Origin: Solirubrobacteraceae bacterium | GTDB taxonomy: Bacteria > Actinomycetota > Thermoleophilia > Solirubrobacterales > Solirubrobacteraceae | Direction of reading: 5' to 3' | Assembly (NCBI GenBank): GCA_036269915.1 | Contig: DATBDM010000131.1 | Span: forward strand, 4,749-68,748 | DNA length: 64,000 nucleotides | Part shown: one piece after another, positions 51,537 to 60,552 of the stretch | How positions within the stretch are numbered: the first letter of the stretch is position 1 | How the letters are laid out: each line of letters opens with the position of its first letter | Notes under the pieces: generated by a model | Seen by the model: the letters and a program-made list of their open reading frames with translations, nothing else | What the model was told of the DNA's origin: nothing | Database searches by the model: none | Program-made: the position numbers and the translations under genes

Positions 51537-52055
51537 TCACCACAGCAGCGCGCGCACGAGGGCGTCGGCGGCCTCGTTCTCCGCGCGCGGGTGCCAGCGC
51601 CACGTGACGCGGGCGAACCGGGCCGCCGCCGCGCGCACCGCGGCGGCGGGCTCGCCGTTGCCGCGCTCGATCGCCTCGACGGCCAGCCGCGAGTCGCTGC
51701 ACACCTCCACGGCGGCGATGCCATGGGCGATCGCGATCTCGAGTCCGAGCAGGATCGCCTCGTACTCGGCCTGCGCCGTGGTCGCCCGCCCGATCGGCCG
51801 GGCGCGCGCCTCGAGCTCCTCGCCGGCGGGCGCGAGCAGCACGGCGGCGACGGCCGCCGGCCCGGGATTGCCGCGCGAGCCGCCGTCGCAGAGGACGCGG
51901 TGGGTGTTGGCGGGCCGCGGCCCCGGCCGCGGAACCTGTGCCGCGCGCCGGGACGCGTGGGCGAGCTGCCGCCGCTCGCCGTCGCGCAGCGTGCCGCCGG
52001 GCCGCCGTGGAGCTCCGTCGCCTGGACATGCGACGAGTGTCGCCGATCGGCGCAT
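51537..52055 (-). CDS. RNase H-fold protein (RNase HI / RVT_3-like)
   Basis: C-terminal ~125 aa: 'VLCDGGSRGNPGPAAVAAVL', 'TTAQAEYEAILLGLEIA', 'VEVCSDSRLAV', 'VTWRWHPRAENEAADALV', giving the DEDD-type order D..E..D..(N/D). The only canonical start is ATG 52055, which leaves a ~45-aa Arg/Pro-rich leader, so the start is uncertain. Confidence 0.65.
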   Translation of the reverse strand: MRRSATLVACPGDGAPRRPGGTLRDGERRQLAHASRRAAQVPRPGPRPANTHRVLCDGGSRGNPGPAAVAAVLLAPAGEELEARARPIGRATTAQAEYEAILLGLEIAIAHGIAAVEVCSDSRLAVEAIERGNGEPAAAVRAAAARFARVTWRWHPRAENEAADALVRALLW

Positions 52056-52065
52056 ACTTCGCCCC

Positions 52066-52659
52066 ATGGCCGCCGACGAGTACCTGCTCGACACCGCGAC
52101 CGTCCGGGAGTTCGTCGCGGACGCGCGTGCCGCGATCGATCGAGCCGCGTCGCCCGCCGACGCGTGCGAGCGGATCCGGCCACGGTTCGCGCAGTTGCTC
52201 GCCGATCCCGGCTGGCTGCCCGAGTCCTTCCAGGCGCCGAACCCCGAGTCGGGCATGGGCGGGGGGATCGGGCAGTGGCTGCTGTTCCGCGCCGGCGACC
52301 GCTCGCTGACCCTCTTCGCCCTCGTCGTCCCCGCCGGGTCGGCGACGCCGATCCACGATCACCTCGCCTGGGGACTCGTCGGGCTCTACCGCGGCACGCA
52401 GGACGAGGAGGTGTTCGCCGAGCACGACGGCCGGGCGGAGCCGTCGGAGCGCCGCGCGCTCGCCACCGGCGACTTCTACACGCTGCTCCCGCCGCGCGAC
52501 GACATCCACCGCGTGCGCACGACCTCCCCCGGGGCGTCGGTCTCGGTCCACCTGCTGACCAACGACACCGGCTGCGTCTGGCGCCACGCCTACGACGAGC
52601 GCTCTGGCGCGCCCGAGCCGTTCCGCTCGGGTTATGTGAACGTCCCCTGCGAGGACTGA
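52066..52659 (+). CDS. cysteine dioxygenase type I-like cupin protein
   Basis: 197 aa from ATG 52066 inside ORF 48304..52659. 'FALVVPAGSATPIHDHLAWGLVGLYRGTQDEE', 'DIHRVRTTSPGASVSVHL', a bacterial CDO-like cupin pattern. Confidence 0.7.
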   Translation: MAADEYLLDTATVREFVADARAAIDRAASPADACERIRPRFAQLLADPGWLPESFQAPNPESGMGGGIGQWLLFRAGDRSLTLFALVVPAGSATPIHDHLAWGLVGLYRGTQDEEVFAEHDGRAEPSERRALATGDFYTLLPPRDDIHRVRTTSPGASVSVHLLTNDTGCVWRHAYDERSGAPEPFRSGYVNVPCED

Positions 52660-52732
52660 ACCTCCCGCGCGCGCGGCGCGTATGCCCGGAGGCCGCGGCC
52701 GCACCCTGGCCGCCGAACCGAGGAGGTTCCCC

Positions 52733-53869
52733 ATGCGCCTCGCGAGCTCGTCCCGCCGGTCCCTCGGACGGTTCGGGAGGTGGTGGGTCCTCATCGGGGT
52801 CCTCGGCGCGGCCCTTGCGCTCTCCCTCGCTCCGAACGCATTCGCCGCCCACGGTGACCGGGGCGGCCGCGGCATCGGCCACTACGTCCAGCGCAACCTC
52901 GTCTCCGACGTCCCAGGCGCGGCCGAGCTGACCGATCCTCACCTCGTCAACGCCTGGGGCCTCGGCTTCGGGCCGACGACGCCGGCCTGGGTCGCGGACA
53001 ACGGCATGGACGTCTCGACGCTCTATTCCGGCGCCACCGCAGCCGCGCCGAGCCCGTCGATCGTCCCGCTGGTCGTGAGCATCCCCGGCGGGGAGCCGAC
53101 CGGCCTCGTGTTCAACCCCTCGACGACGGCCTTCGTCGTGCACTCGGGGACGAGCTCCGGCTCCGCGCGCTTCTTGTTCTCCTCGGAGGCAGGCGTGATC
53201 AGCGGCTGGAATCCGAACGTCCCGGCCGCCGGCTCGACCGAGGCGCAGATCGCGGCGTCCGTGCCGGACGCGGTCTTCAAGGGCCTGGCCATCGCCGACA
53301 CGGCGACCGGTCCGCAGCTCTACGCGACCGACTTCCACCACGGGACGGTCGACGTCTGGGACCAGAACTTCGCGCCGGTCACGAAGCCGGGCGCGTTCCG
53401 GGACCCCGCCATCCCGCGCGGCTTCGCCCCGTTCGGCATCCAGTCGACGAGCGGCGGGATCGTCGTGACCTACGCCAAGCAGGATGCCGACGCCCATGAC
53501 GACGTCGCGGGCCGCGGCAACGGCTTCGTCGACGTGTTCGGCACCGACGGCACGCTGCTGCGACGCTTCGCCAAGCACGGGCCGCTGAACTCGCCGTGGG
53601 GCGTCGCGCAGGCGCCGCAGGGCTTCGGCGCCGCGAGCGGCGCGCTGCTGATCGGCAACTTCGGCGACGGGCGCATCAACGCGTTCGACCCGGTCAGCGG
53701 GCGCTTCCTCGGCGCGCTGCGCAGCAGCCACGGCAGGCGGATCGACATCGACGGGCTGTGGGCACTGGAGTTCGGCAACGGCGTGATCGGCACGCCGCAG
53801 ACGTTGCTGTTCACCGCCGGCCCCGGCGGTGAGGCGCACGGCCTGTTCGGGACGGTGACCGCTCGCTGA
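52733..53869 (+). CDS. secreted TIGR03118-family beta-propeller protein
   Basis: ATG 52733 is preceded by the SD AGGAGG. Signal peptide 'WWVLIGVLGAALALSLAPNAFAA'. 'NLVSDVPGAAELTDPHLVNAWGLGFGPTTPAWVADNG', 'LYATDFHHGTVDVWDQNF', 'VTYAKQD', 'GNGFVDVFGTDG', 'LNSPWGVAQAP', 'LLIGNFGDGRINAFD', 'IDGLWALEFGNG'. Confidence 0.75.
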   Translation: MRLASSSRRSLGRFGRWWVLIGVLGAALALSLAPNAFAAHGDRGGRGIGHYVQRNLVSDVPGAAELTDPHLVNAWGLGFGPTTPAWVADNGMDVSTLYSGATAAAPSPSIVPLVVSIPGGEPTGLVFNPSTTAFVVHSGTSSGSARFLFSSEAGVISGWNPNVPAAGSTEAQIAASVPDAVFKGLAIADTATGPQLYATDFHHGTVDVWDQNFAPVTKPGAFRDPAIPRGFAPFGIQSTSGGIVVTYAKQDADAHDDVAGRGNGFVDVFGTDGTLLRRFAKHGPLNSPWGVAQAPQGFGAASGALLIGNFGDGRINAFDPVSGRFLGALRSSHGRRIDIDGLWALEFGNGVIGTPQTLLFTAGPGGEAHGLFGTVTAR

Positions 53870-53878
53870 ACCGAGCGC

Positions 53879-55174
53879 TCAGCGCGGCGCGGCGGTCACG
53901 CGGGTCCCGTTCGCGGGCGAGAACGTGACATTGCGCCGCGCGACGCGCTCGGCATCCGACGCGGCCGGCCGGAGCGTCCTCCGGCGCAGGATCTCGGCGA
54001 GCGCGACGCGCATCTCCATCTCCGCGAACGCCGCACCGAGGCACCGGCGTATGCCGCCGCCGAACGGGATCCACGCGTAGGTCGACGGCGCGTCTCCCAG
54101 GAACCGCTCCGGCCGGAACGCGTAGGGCTCCGGGTAGCGGTCGGGGCGCGTGTGGGTGAGCCAGATCGCCGGCGTCACGTCGGTCCCCGGCGGCAGGACG
54201 TGCCCGTCGACCCGTAGCTCCGAAGCCAGGCGCCGGCCGGCGAGCGGCACCACCGGACGCAGCCGCAGCGATTCGGCGACGACCGCACGGACGTAGGCCT
54301 CCTCCCCCGCGTCGACCGCCGCCACGAGCCGCGTCAGCACGTCGGGGTTGCGCAGGAGCAGGTCGAAGCTCCAGGCCAGGCCGGTCGCGGTCGTCTCGTG
54401 CCCGGCGAGCAGCAGGGTCATCAGCTGGTCGCGGATCTCCGCATCGTCCATCGGCTCGCCGTCCTCGAAGCGCGCCTCGACAAGCAGCGAGAGGATGTCC
54501 TGGCTCGGGTTCGCGCGGCGCTCGGCGATCTCGCGCTCGAGCAGGGCGTCGATCTCCCCGCGCAGCGCGCCGAGCCGCTCGAGCGGGTCCGGGCCGCCGA
54601 GGCGGCGCGAGAGCAGCACGCCGAACTGCAGTCCGGCCGAGGACGTGTCGGCCAGCAGCCGCGAGAGCCGCTCGGCCAGCTGCTCGCGGCGGTCGCGGTC
54701 GGTCACGCCGAACACCGCGCGCAGGATCACCTCGAGCGTCACCCGCTGCATGCGCGGGTGGAGCGCGAACGGCTCGCGCACGGGCCACGTCGCGACCTCG
54801 CGCTCCACGACCTCGCCGACCGTGTCCTCGTAGGCACGCATCCGCGCGCCGTGAAACGGCGGCAGCATCAGCCGCCGCCGGGCGAGGTGCTCGCGGCCCT
54901 CGAGCAGCAGCACCGAGCGCGAGCCCATGATCGCCTGCAGCGCGAACGTCCGCCCCGGCGGCAGCCCGTGCTCGGAGGCCGAGTACAGCGCGCGGATCGC
55001 CTCGGGGTCGGACACCATCACCATCGGTGTCTGGAAGCCGAGGAAGCGGACACTGAAGGCGTCGCCGAAGCGCCGCCGGCACGCCTCGAGGAAGGAGATC
55101 GGCCGCAGCAGCCAGCGCGCCGTCTGCAGGACGGGCGGCGCGCTCGGGCCGGCGGGCAGGGTGGTCGAGGCCAT
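53879..55174 (-). CDS. cytochrome P450
   Basis: 431 aa from ATG 55174 inside ORF 53879..55465. I-helix 'LLLAGHETTA', 'ESLRLRP' (ExxR), heme loop 'FGGGIRRCLGAAFA'. Confidence 0.92.
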   Translation of the reverse strand: MASTTLPAGPSAPPVLQTARWLLRPISFLEACRRRFGDAFSVRFLGFQTPMVMVSDPEAIRALYSASEHGLPPGRTFALQAIMGSRSVLLLEGREHLARRRLMLPPFHGARMRAYEDTVGEVVEREVATWPVREPFALHPRMQRVTLEVILRAVFGVTDRDRREQLAERLSRLLADTSSAGLQFGVLLSRRLGGPDPLERLGALRGEIDALLEREIAERRANPSQDILSLLVEARFEDGEPMDDAEIRDQLMTLLLAGHETTATGLAWSFDLLLRNPDVLTRLVAAVDAGEEAYVRAVVAESLRLRPVVPLAGRRLASELRVDGHVLPPGTDVTPAIWLTHTRPDRYPEPYAFRPERFLGDAPSTYAWIPFGGGIRRCLGAAFAEMEMRVALAEILRRRTLRPAASDAERVARRNVTFSPANGTRVTAAPR

Positions 55175-55211
55175 CGGACCCCGAGTATCCCTGCCCGCGC
55201 GAGCGCCCGCG

Positions 55212-55694
55212 CTACGTCGCCTCGGCGGCCTTCGCGAACTCGCCGAGGCCGCCGCCCCAGCCGTTCGGGGAGCCGACGGCGTCGCGCATCTCCTCCCAGC
55301 CCTCACCGTGGCGGTCGAGGTGGCGATGCTCGAGCACGACGAGCGTGCGGCCATCGCCCTCCGGCGTGAAGCTGACCTCGAACTCGCTCGTCTTGGCCGG
55401 ATCGACCTCGTGCTTCCACTCGAGCGTGATGTCCCACGAGACGACGATCCGGTCCGGCGGCTCATAGACGAGCACGCGGCCCCAGTCGGCCTCGCTGCCG
55501 TCGTCGCCGAGCCCGTACGCGCGGCCGCCCTCCCGGCACTCGAGCACCATCTCGGCGAGCGGCGAGGCGCCGATCGTATGACTGCGCGGCCACCACGTGT
55601 CGATGCCCGCGGTGAAGACGGAGAACGCCCGCTCCAGCGGGGCGTTCACGACGATCGACGTGCGCACCACGTCGGATGCTGCCTGGGTGGTCAT
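55212..55694 (-). CDS. SRPBCC / AHSA1 (Aha1-like) domain protein
   Basis: 'IVVNAPLERAFSVFTAGIDTWWP', 'GRVLVYEPPDRIVVSWD', 'VVLEHRHLDRHGEGWE'. Its ATG overlaps the ArsR stop, the usual ArsR-AHSA1 pairing. Confidence 0.8.
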   Translation of the reverse strand: MTTQAASDVVRTSIVVNAPLERAFSVFTAGIDTWWPRSHTIGASPLAEMVLECREGGRAYGLGDDGSEADWGRVLVYEPPDRIVVSWDITLEWKHEVDPAKTSEFEVSFTPEGDGRTLVVLEHRHLDRHGEGWEEMRDAVGSPNGWGGGLGEFAKAAEAT

Positions 55695-56005
55695 GAGACC
55701 TCCTGATCCTGCTCGACCGCGGCCTTGAACGCGTCGAGCGCCTTCGTCCAGAACCGGTCGACGTAGGCGCGCAGCGCGCCGACGCCGTCCGGGTCGAGGC
55801 TGTAGATGCGGCGGTTGCCCACCTGCCGGTCCGTGACCAGCCCGGCCTGCTTGAGCACCTTGAGGTGCTGGGAGACCGCGGGTCGGCTCACGGGGAGCTC
55901 GCCGGCGATCGCCCCGACCGCGGCCGGTCCGTCGCCCAGGCGCTCGAAGACCGCCCGCCGCGTGGGGTCTCCGAGCGCCGTCATGGGATCTGCGTTAGCG
56001 AGCAC
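55691..56005 (-). CDS. ArsR/SmtB-family transcriptional regulator
   Basis: 'LGDPTRRAVFERL', 'GELPVSRPAVSQHLKVLKQAGLV', 'GNRRIYSL'. GTG 56005 or ATG 55984 as start. Confidence 0.88.
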   Translation of the reverse strand: MLANADPMTALGDPTRRAVFERLGDGPAAVGAIAGELPVSRPAVSQHLKVLKQAGLVTDRQVGNRRIYSLDPDGVGALRAYVDRFWTKALDAFKAAVEQDQEVS

Positions 56006-56027
56006 TTACGGTAAGCCTACGCTTACC
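56005..56027. promoter_or_regulatory. overlapping inverted repeats CTTAC-G-GTAAG and GGTAAGC-CTAC-GCTTACC at the ArsR 5' end (operator candidate)
   Basis: Palindromes read directly, in an unusually AT-richer patch just upstream of the ArsR-AHSA1 operon. ArsR-family repressors typically autoregulate through such dyads. Confidence 0.4.
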
Positions 56028-56047
56028 AGCAGCTCGCCGTCAAGCGG

Positions 56048-56815
56048 CTAGTCCTCGTAGCGACCGGTCCAGATCGCGAACACCGCGTCCTGGGGGTCGC
56101 CGAGCACGGCGATCGATCCAGCCGGCATCTGCATCGGGCCGGCGAACACCCGGCCGCCGAGCGCCTCCGCCTCGCCGAGCGCCCGCTCGACGTCCTCGTG
56201 GCCGAAGTAGGGCATCCAGGTCGGCGGCGTCTCTGCGTTGGGCCCGTTGGGATCGATCGGCATCATGCCGCCGTTGCTGCGCTCGCCGTTCTGGATCACG
56301 TGGTAGCCGCCGGCGTCGGGGATCTCGTTGACGGCCCAGCCGAAGACCTCGCCGTAGAACCTGATCGCGGTCTTCGGATCGTTCGTGACGAGGTCGTTCC
56401 AGGTCATCGCGCCGGGCGTGTTCACGAGCTCGGCGCCGATGCTCTGGCGGGGTTCCCACACGCACAGCGCCGCGCCGGCGGGATCGGCGATGACCGCCAT
56501 GCGCCCGACGTCCATGACGTCGAACGGCTCCTGCAGGACGCTGCCGCCGGCGTCGGCGGCACGCACGGCGGCGTCGTCGGCCGACTCGACGGTGACGTAG
56601 CAGTTCCAGTGCGGCGGCTGGTCTGATCGGTACAGCGCCGCGACGTTGCGACCCTCGCGGCGGGCCATCGAGTACACCATCCCGTCGCCGATCGGGTTGT
56701 CGTCGTAGTCCCAGCCGAACAGCGCGCTGTAGAAGCGCTTCGCGTCCTCGGCGTCGCTCGTCGCCAGTTCGGCCCACGAGAAGGTGCCCGGCGTATAGCT
56801 CGTTCGCTCTCCCAT
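56048..56815 (-). CDS. two-domain VOC (glyoxalase/bleomycin-resistance/dioxygenase) family protein
   Basis: Two repeats of the pattern 'FSWAELATSDAEDAKRFYSALFGW' and 'MTWNDLVTNDPKTAIRFYGEVFGW', each followed by 'G..AV..DP.GA.F'. Confidence 0.8.
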   Translation of the reverse strand: MGERTSYTPGTFSWAELATSDAEDAKRFYSALFGWDYDDNPIGDGMVYSMARREGRNVAALYRSDQPPHWNCYVTVESADDAAVRAADAGGSVLQEPFDVMDVGRMAVIADPAGAALCVWEPRQSIGAELVNTPGAMTWNDLVTNDPKTAIRFYGEVFGWAVNEIPDAGGYHVIQNGERSNGGMMPIDPNGPNAETPPTWMPYFGHEDVERALGEAEALGGRVFAGPMQMPAGSIAVLGDPQDAVFAIWTGRYED

Positions 56816-56833
56816 TGGTCGATGCTACGCCGG

Positions 56834-57307
56834 TCAGGCGTTGACGAGCAGCCGGGCGCCGAGCCGGCGCGCCAGCCCCTCGCCGCCCGCGTGCATGACG
56901 ACGTCGTGATTCCACGCGAACGCCGGGCGCGCGAGCGGTCCCAGCCAGTTCATCCACGCCTGCGTCGTCCGCACGTCCCACTCGTAGATCACGGCCGTCC
57001 CCCGGGGGCTCTCGAAGAACCGCCAGCGCCCCGTGCCGCGAAGCTCCCCGTCGGCGCGCCCTTCCAGCAACCACGGGCGTTCGGCGGCGACGACGCGCGT
57101 CTCGAACCCCAGCTCGTACGGGAGCCGGCTGCGCCACACGTAGCGCCACAGGCGGCCGACGCCCTCGGCGTCGCCCTCCTCGATCAGCTCCGCGCTGCGG
57201 ACCCCGCGCCACCACTGCGGCCAGGCCGCCGCGTCGTCGATCGCGGCGTAGACGCGCTCGACCGGCGCGTCCACGCACCAGGTGGTGACGAACCGGTACT
57301 CGCCCAT
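56834..57307 (-). CDS. SRPBCC-family (polyketide cyclase/dehydrase-like) protein
   Basis: 'WCVDAPVERVYAAIDDAAAWPQWWRGV', 'YVWRSRLPYELGFETRV', 'GELRGTGRWRF'. Confidence 0.75.
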   Translation of the reverse strand: MGEYRFVTTWCVDAPVERVYAAIDDAAAWPQWWRGVRSAELIEEGDAEGVGRLWRYVWRSRLPYELGFETRVVAAERPWLLEGRADGELRGTGRWRFFESPRGTAVIYEWDVRTTQAWMNWLGPLARPAFAWNHDVVMHAGGEGLARRLGARLLVNA

Positions 57308-57360
57308 GGCGCGACGCTACCGCCGCGCCAGGGCTGACCGCACCCGGCCTTCGATGAGGT

Positions 57361-59574
57361 CTAGAGCGAGTCGATCGCGGCGTTCAGCGTCTCGCTCGGA
57401 CGCATGACCTCGGTCGCGCGCTCGCGGTCGACGAAGTAGTAGCCGCCGAGATCGACGGCGTCGCCCTGGACGCCGTTGAGCTCTTCGACGATCGCCTCCT
57501 CGTCCTTCGCGAGGCGCCCGGCGAGCGGCTTGAACGCGTCCGCGAGCTCGGTGTCGTCGGACTGCTCGGCGAGCGCCTGCGCCCAGTAGAGCGCGAGGTA
57601 GAAGTGGCTGCCGCGGTTGTCGAGCTCGCCGACCTTGCGCGACGGTGACCTGCCGTTCTCGAGCAGCTTCCCGGTCGCCTCGTCGAGCGTGCGGCCGAGG
57701 ATCCCCGCGCGCGGGTTGCCGTCCTTGTCGGCCAGCATCTCGAGCGAGACGGCGAGCGCGAGGAACTCGCCGAGCGAGTCCCAGCGCAGGTGGTTCTCGC
57801 GCACGAGCTGCTGCACGTGCTTGGGGGCCGAGCCGCCCGCGCCCGTCTCGAACAGCCCGCCGCCGTTCATCAGCGGGACGATCGAGAGCATCTTCGCGCT
57901 CGTGCCGAGCTCGAGGATCGGGAACAGGTCGGTCAGGTAGTCGCGCAGGACGTTGCCCGTGACCGAGATCGTGTCCTCGCCGTTGCGCGCCCGCTCGAGC
58001 GTGAAGCGCGTCGCCTCGGCGACCGGCAGGATCTCGATCTGCAGGCCGTCGGTGTCGTGCTCGGGCAGGTACGCCCGGACCTTGGCGAGGATCTGGGCGT
58101 CGTGGGCGCGGCTCTCGTCGAGCCAGAACACGGCCGGGTCACCGGTCGCCCGCGCCCGCTCGACCGCGAGCCGGACCCAGTCGGCGATCGGCGCGTCCTT
58201 GGTCTGGCAGCCGCGCCAGATGTCGCCGGGCTCGACGTCGTGCTCGAGCAGCGTCGCGCCCGAGCCGTCCACGACGCGGACCGTGCCGGCCGCCTCGATC
58301 TCGAACGTCTTGTCGTGGCTGCCGTACTCCTCGGCCTTCTGGGCCATCAGCCCGACGTTCGGCGTCGTGCCCATCGTCGCGGGGTCGAAGGCCCCGTGCG
58401 CGCGGCAGAAGTCGAGCGTCTCGGCGTACAGCGGGGCGTAGCTCGAGTCGGGGATGACCGCCTTCGTGTCCTGCTGCTCGCCGGCCGCGTTCCACATCTG
58501 CCCGGAGGTGCGGATCATCGCCGGCATCGACGCGTCGATGATCACGTCGCTCGGGACGTGCAGGTTCGTGATCCCGCGGTCGGAGTCGACCATCGCGAGC
58601 TTCGGCGCGTCCTCGTAGGTCCGCTCGATCGCCTGCTCGATCGCCCGGCGCTCGTCGTCGGGGAGGCGCTCGATCGCGGTCAGGACGCTGGCGAGGCCGT
58701 GATTGGCGCTGGCGCCCGCCCGGGCGAGCGCGTCGCCGTGCTCGGCGAAGACGTCGGCGAAGTAGGTGCGCACGGCGTGCCCGAAGAGGATCGGGTCCGA
58801 CACCTTCATCATCGTCGCCTTCAGGTGCACGGAGAAGAGGACGCCCTGCGCCTTGGCGTCGGCGATCTGCTCCTGCAGGAACGCGTCGAGCGCTGCGTGG
58901 CGCATCACCGCGGCGTCGACGACCTCGCCGGCGAGCACCGGCAGCGACTCCTTGAGCACCGTCGTCGTGCCGTCGGCGGCCACGTGCTCGATGCGCAGCT
59001 CGTCATCGGATTCGATCGTCACCGAGCGCTCGGTCGAGCGGAAGTCGCCGTCGCCCATCGTCGACACGTGCGACTTGGAGTCCTTCGACCACGCGCCCAT
59101 CGAGTGCGGGTGCTTGCGCGCGAACGCCTTCACCGAGGCGGGCGCGCGACGGTCCGAGTTGCCCTCGCGCAGCACCGGGTTCACGGCCGAGCCCTTGACC
59201 GCGTCGTAGGCCGCCCGCGCCGCGCGCTCCTCGTCCGACCGCGGGTCCTCCGGGTAGTCGGGGATCGCGTAGCCCGCGTCCTGGAGCTCCTTGATCGCGG
59301 CCTTCATCTGCGGGTTGGACGCGCTGACGTTCGGCAGCTTGATGATGTTCGCCTCGGGCGTCTTCGCCAGCTCGCCGAGCTCGGCGAGCGCGTCGGGCAC
59401 GCGCTGCTCGTCGGTGAGCAGGTCTCCGAATTGGGCGAGGATCCGTCCGGCGAGCGAGATGTCGCGGAGCTCGACGTCGACGCCGGCCTGCCCGGCGAAG
59501 GCCTCGATGATCGGCAGGAACGAGTGGGTCGCGAGCGCGGGCGCCTCGTCGGTGTACGTGTAGATGAGCTTCAT
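57361..59574 (-). CDS. icd: NADP-dependent isocitrate dehydrogenase, monomeric type
   Basis: 737 aa from ATG 59574 inside ORF 57361..61932. '[21 protein letters not shown]', '[14 protein letters not shown]', '[16 protein letters not shown]', '[17 protein letters not shown]', '[22 protein letters not shown]', '[22 protein letters not shown]', '[17 protein letters not shown]'. Confidence 0.95.
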   Translation of the reverse strand: MKLIYTYTDEAPALATHSFLPIIEAFAGQAGVDVELRDISLAGRILAQFGDLLTDEQRVPDALAELGELAKTPEANIIKLPNVSASNPQMKAAIKELQDAGYAIPDYPEDPRSDEERAARAAYDAVKGSAVNPVLREGNSDRRAPASVKAFARKHPHSMGAWSKDSKSHVSTMGDGDFRSTERSVTIESDDELRIEHVAADGTTTVLKESLPVLAGEVVDAAVMRHAALDAFLQEQIADAKAQGVLFSVHLKATMMKVSDPILFGHAVRTYFADVFAEHGDALARAGASANHGLASVLTAIERLPDDERRAIEQAIERTYEDAPKLAMVDSDRGITNLHVPSDVIIDASMPAMIRTSGQMWNAAGEQQDTKAVIPDSSYAPLYAETLDFCRAHGAFDPATMGTTPNVGLMAQKAEEYGSHDKTFEIEAAGTVRVVDGSGATLLEHDVEPGDIWRGCQTKDAPIADWVRLAVERARATGDPAVFWLDESRAHDAQILAKVRAYLPEHDTDGLQIEILPVAEATRFTLERARNGEDTISVTGNVLRDYLTDLFPILELGTSAKMLSIVPLMNGGGLFETGAGGSAPKHVQQLVRENHLRWDSLGEFLALAVSLEMLADKDGNPRAGILGRTLDEATGKLLENGRSPSRKVGELDNRGSHFYLALYWAQALAEQSDDTELADAFKPLAGRLAKDEEAIVEELNGVQGDAVDLGGYYFVDRERATEVMRPSETLNAAIDSL

Positions 59575-59613
59575 GTCGGCGGGCGACACGGTATAGGAGC
59601 CATACTCCGGTCC

Positions 59614-60048
59614 ATGGCGTACGTGCCGCCCGCCCGACACCTGCTGCGAGCGCGCGACCTCGCGGACGCCCGCTACTTCGAGCCGCTCGAGGTCGACGAC
59701 CTCGCCCGTGCCGCCGGGCTCTCGCGCGCGCACTTCTCGCGCGAGTTCCGGCGGGCGTTCGGCGTGTCGCCGCACGCGTACCTGCTCACGCGCCGGCTCG
59801 AGCGCGCGGCCGCGCTGCTGCGGGTCAGCGACCGCTCGGTCGCCGAGATCTGCATGTCGGTGGGGCTGCGCAGCGTCGGCTCGTTCACCACGAGCTTCCA
59901 GCGCATGTTCGGGATGTCCCCGACCGCCTACCGGGCGACCTTCCCGCCGGCCGTCCACCAGGCCCGCGTGCCGACGTGCGTGGTGCGCTTCTACGCCCGT
60001 CCGCAACACCGCACGTTTCGAGAAGACAGCGCCGGCGTGCCGCAATAG
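59614..60048 (+). CDS. AraC-family HTH transcriptional regulator (DNA-binding domain only)
   Basis: 144 aa from ATG 59614 inside ORF 57790..60048. '[40 protein letters not shown]', '[33 protein letters not shown]'. Confidence 0.85.
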   Translation: MAYVPPARHLLRARDLADARYFEPLEVDDLARAAGLSRAHFSREFRRAFGVSPHAYLLTRRLERAAALLRVSDRSVAEICMSVGLRSVGSFTTSFQRMFGMSPTAYRATFPPAVHQARVPTCVVRFYARPQHRTFREDSAGVPQ

Positions 60049-60087
60049 CTTGGGTCTCGTCCTTTCACCCGGCTCAAGGAGGCAACG

Positions 60088-60513
60088 ATGTTCAAGCTCG
60101 ACAGCACCCAGCTCTGGGTCCACGACCAGGACGCGGCGCTCGCGTTCTACACCGGCAAGCTCGGCTGGGAGGTGCGCTCGGACGCGACGCTGCCCGAGAT
60201 GGGCAACTTCCGCTGGCTCTCGGTCGGCCCCGTCGGCCAGGACATCTCGATCGTCCTGATGGCGATCCCCGGGGCGCCGGTGCTCGACGACGAGAGCAAC
60301 CACCAGATCCACGACCTGATGGGCAAGGGCTACGCCGGCACGGTCTTCCTGACCACCGACGACTGCCGGGCCGCCTACGAGGAGCTCAAGGGCCGCGGCG
60401 TCGAGTTCACCGAGGCGCCCGAGGAGCGCCCGTACGGGATCGACGCGGGGTTCCGCGACCCGTCCGGCAACGCGCTGCGCCTCACCCAGGTGCGAGAGCT
60501 GGCCAACACCTGA
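60088..60513 (+). CDS. VOC/glyoxalase family protein
   Basis: '[21 protein letters not shown]', '[32 protein letters not shown]', '[11 protein letters not shown]'. Confidence 0.8.
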   Translation: MFKLDSTQLWVHDQDAALAFYTGKLGWEVRSDATLPEMGNFRWLSVGPVGQDISIVLMAIPGAPVLDDESNHQIHDLMGKGYAGTVFLTTDDCRAAYEELKGRGVEFTEAPEERPYGIDAGFRDPSGNALRLTQVRELANT

Positions 60514-60552
60514 GCACTCGCGCAACCTTTCGGTTGCGCTATGGTCGCGGGC

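Noticed and set aside
51537-52055. The RNase H / 'reverse-transcriptase-like' (RVT_3) fold as a hint of a retron or other RT-based system next to recBCD.
   Set aside because: No reverse-transcriptase palm motifs (such as YxDD) appear in this or the neighbouring ORFs. No msr/msd-like inverted repeats flank it. The domain is just the RNase H nuclease fold.
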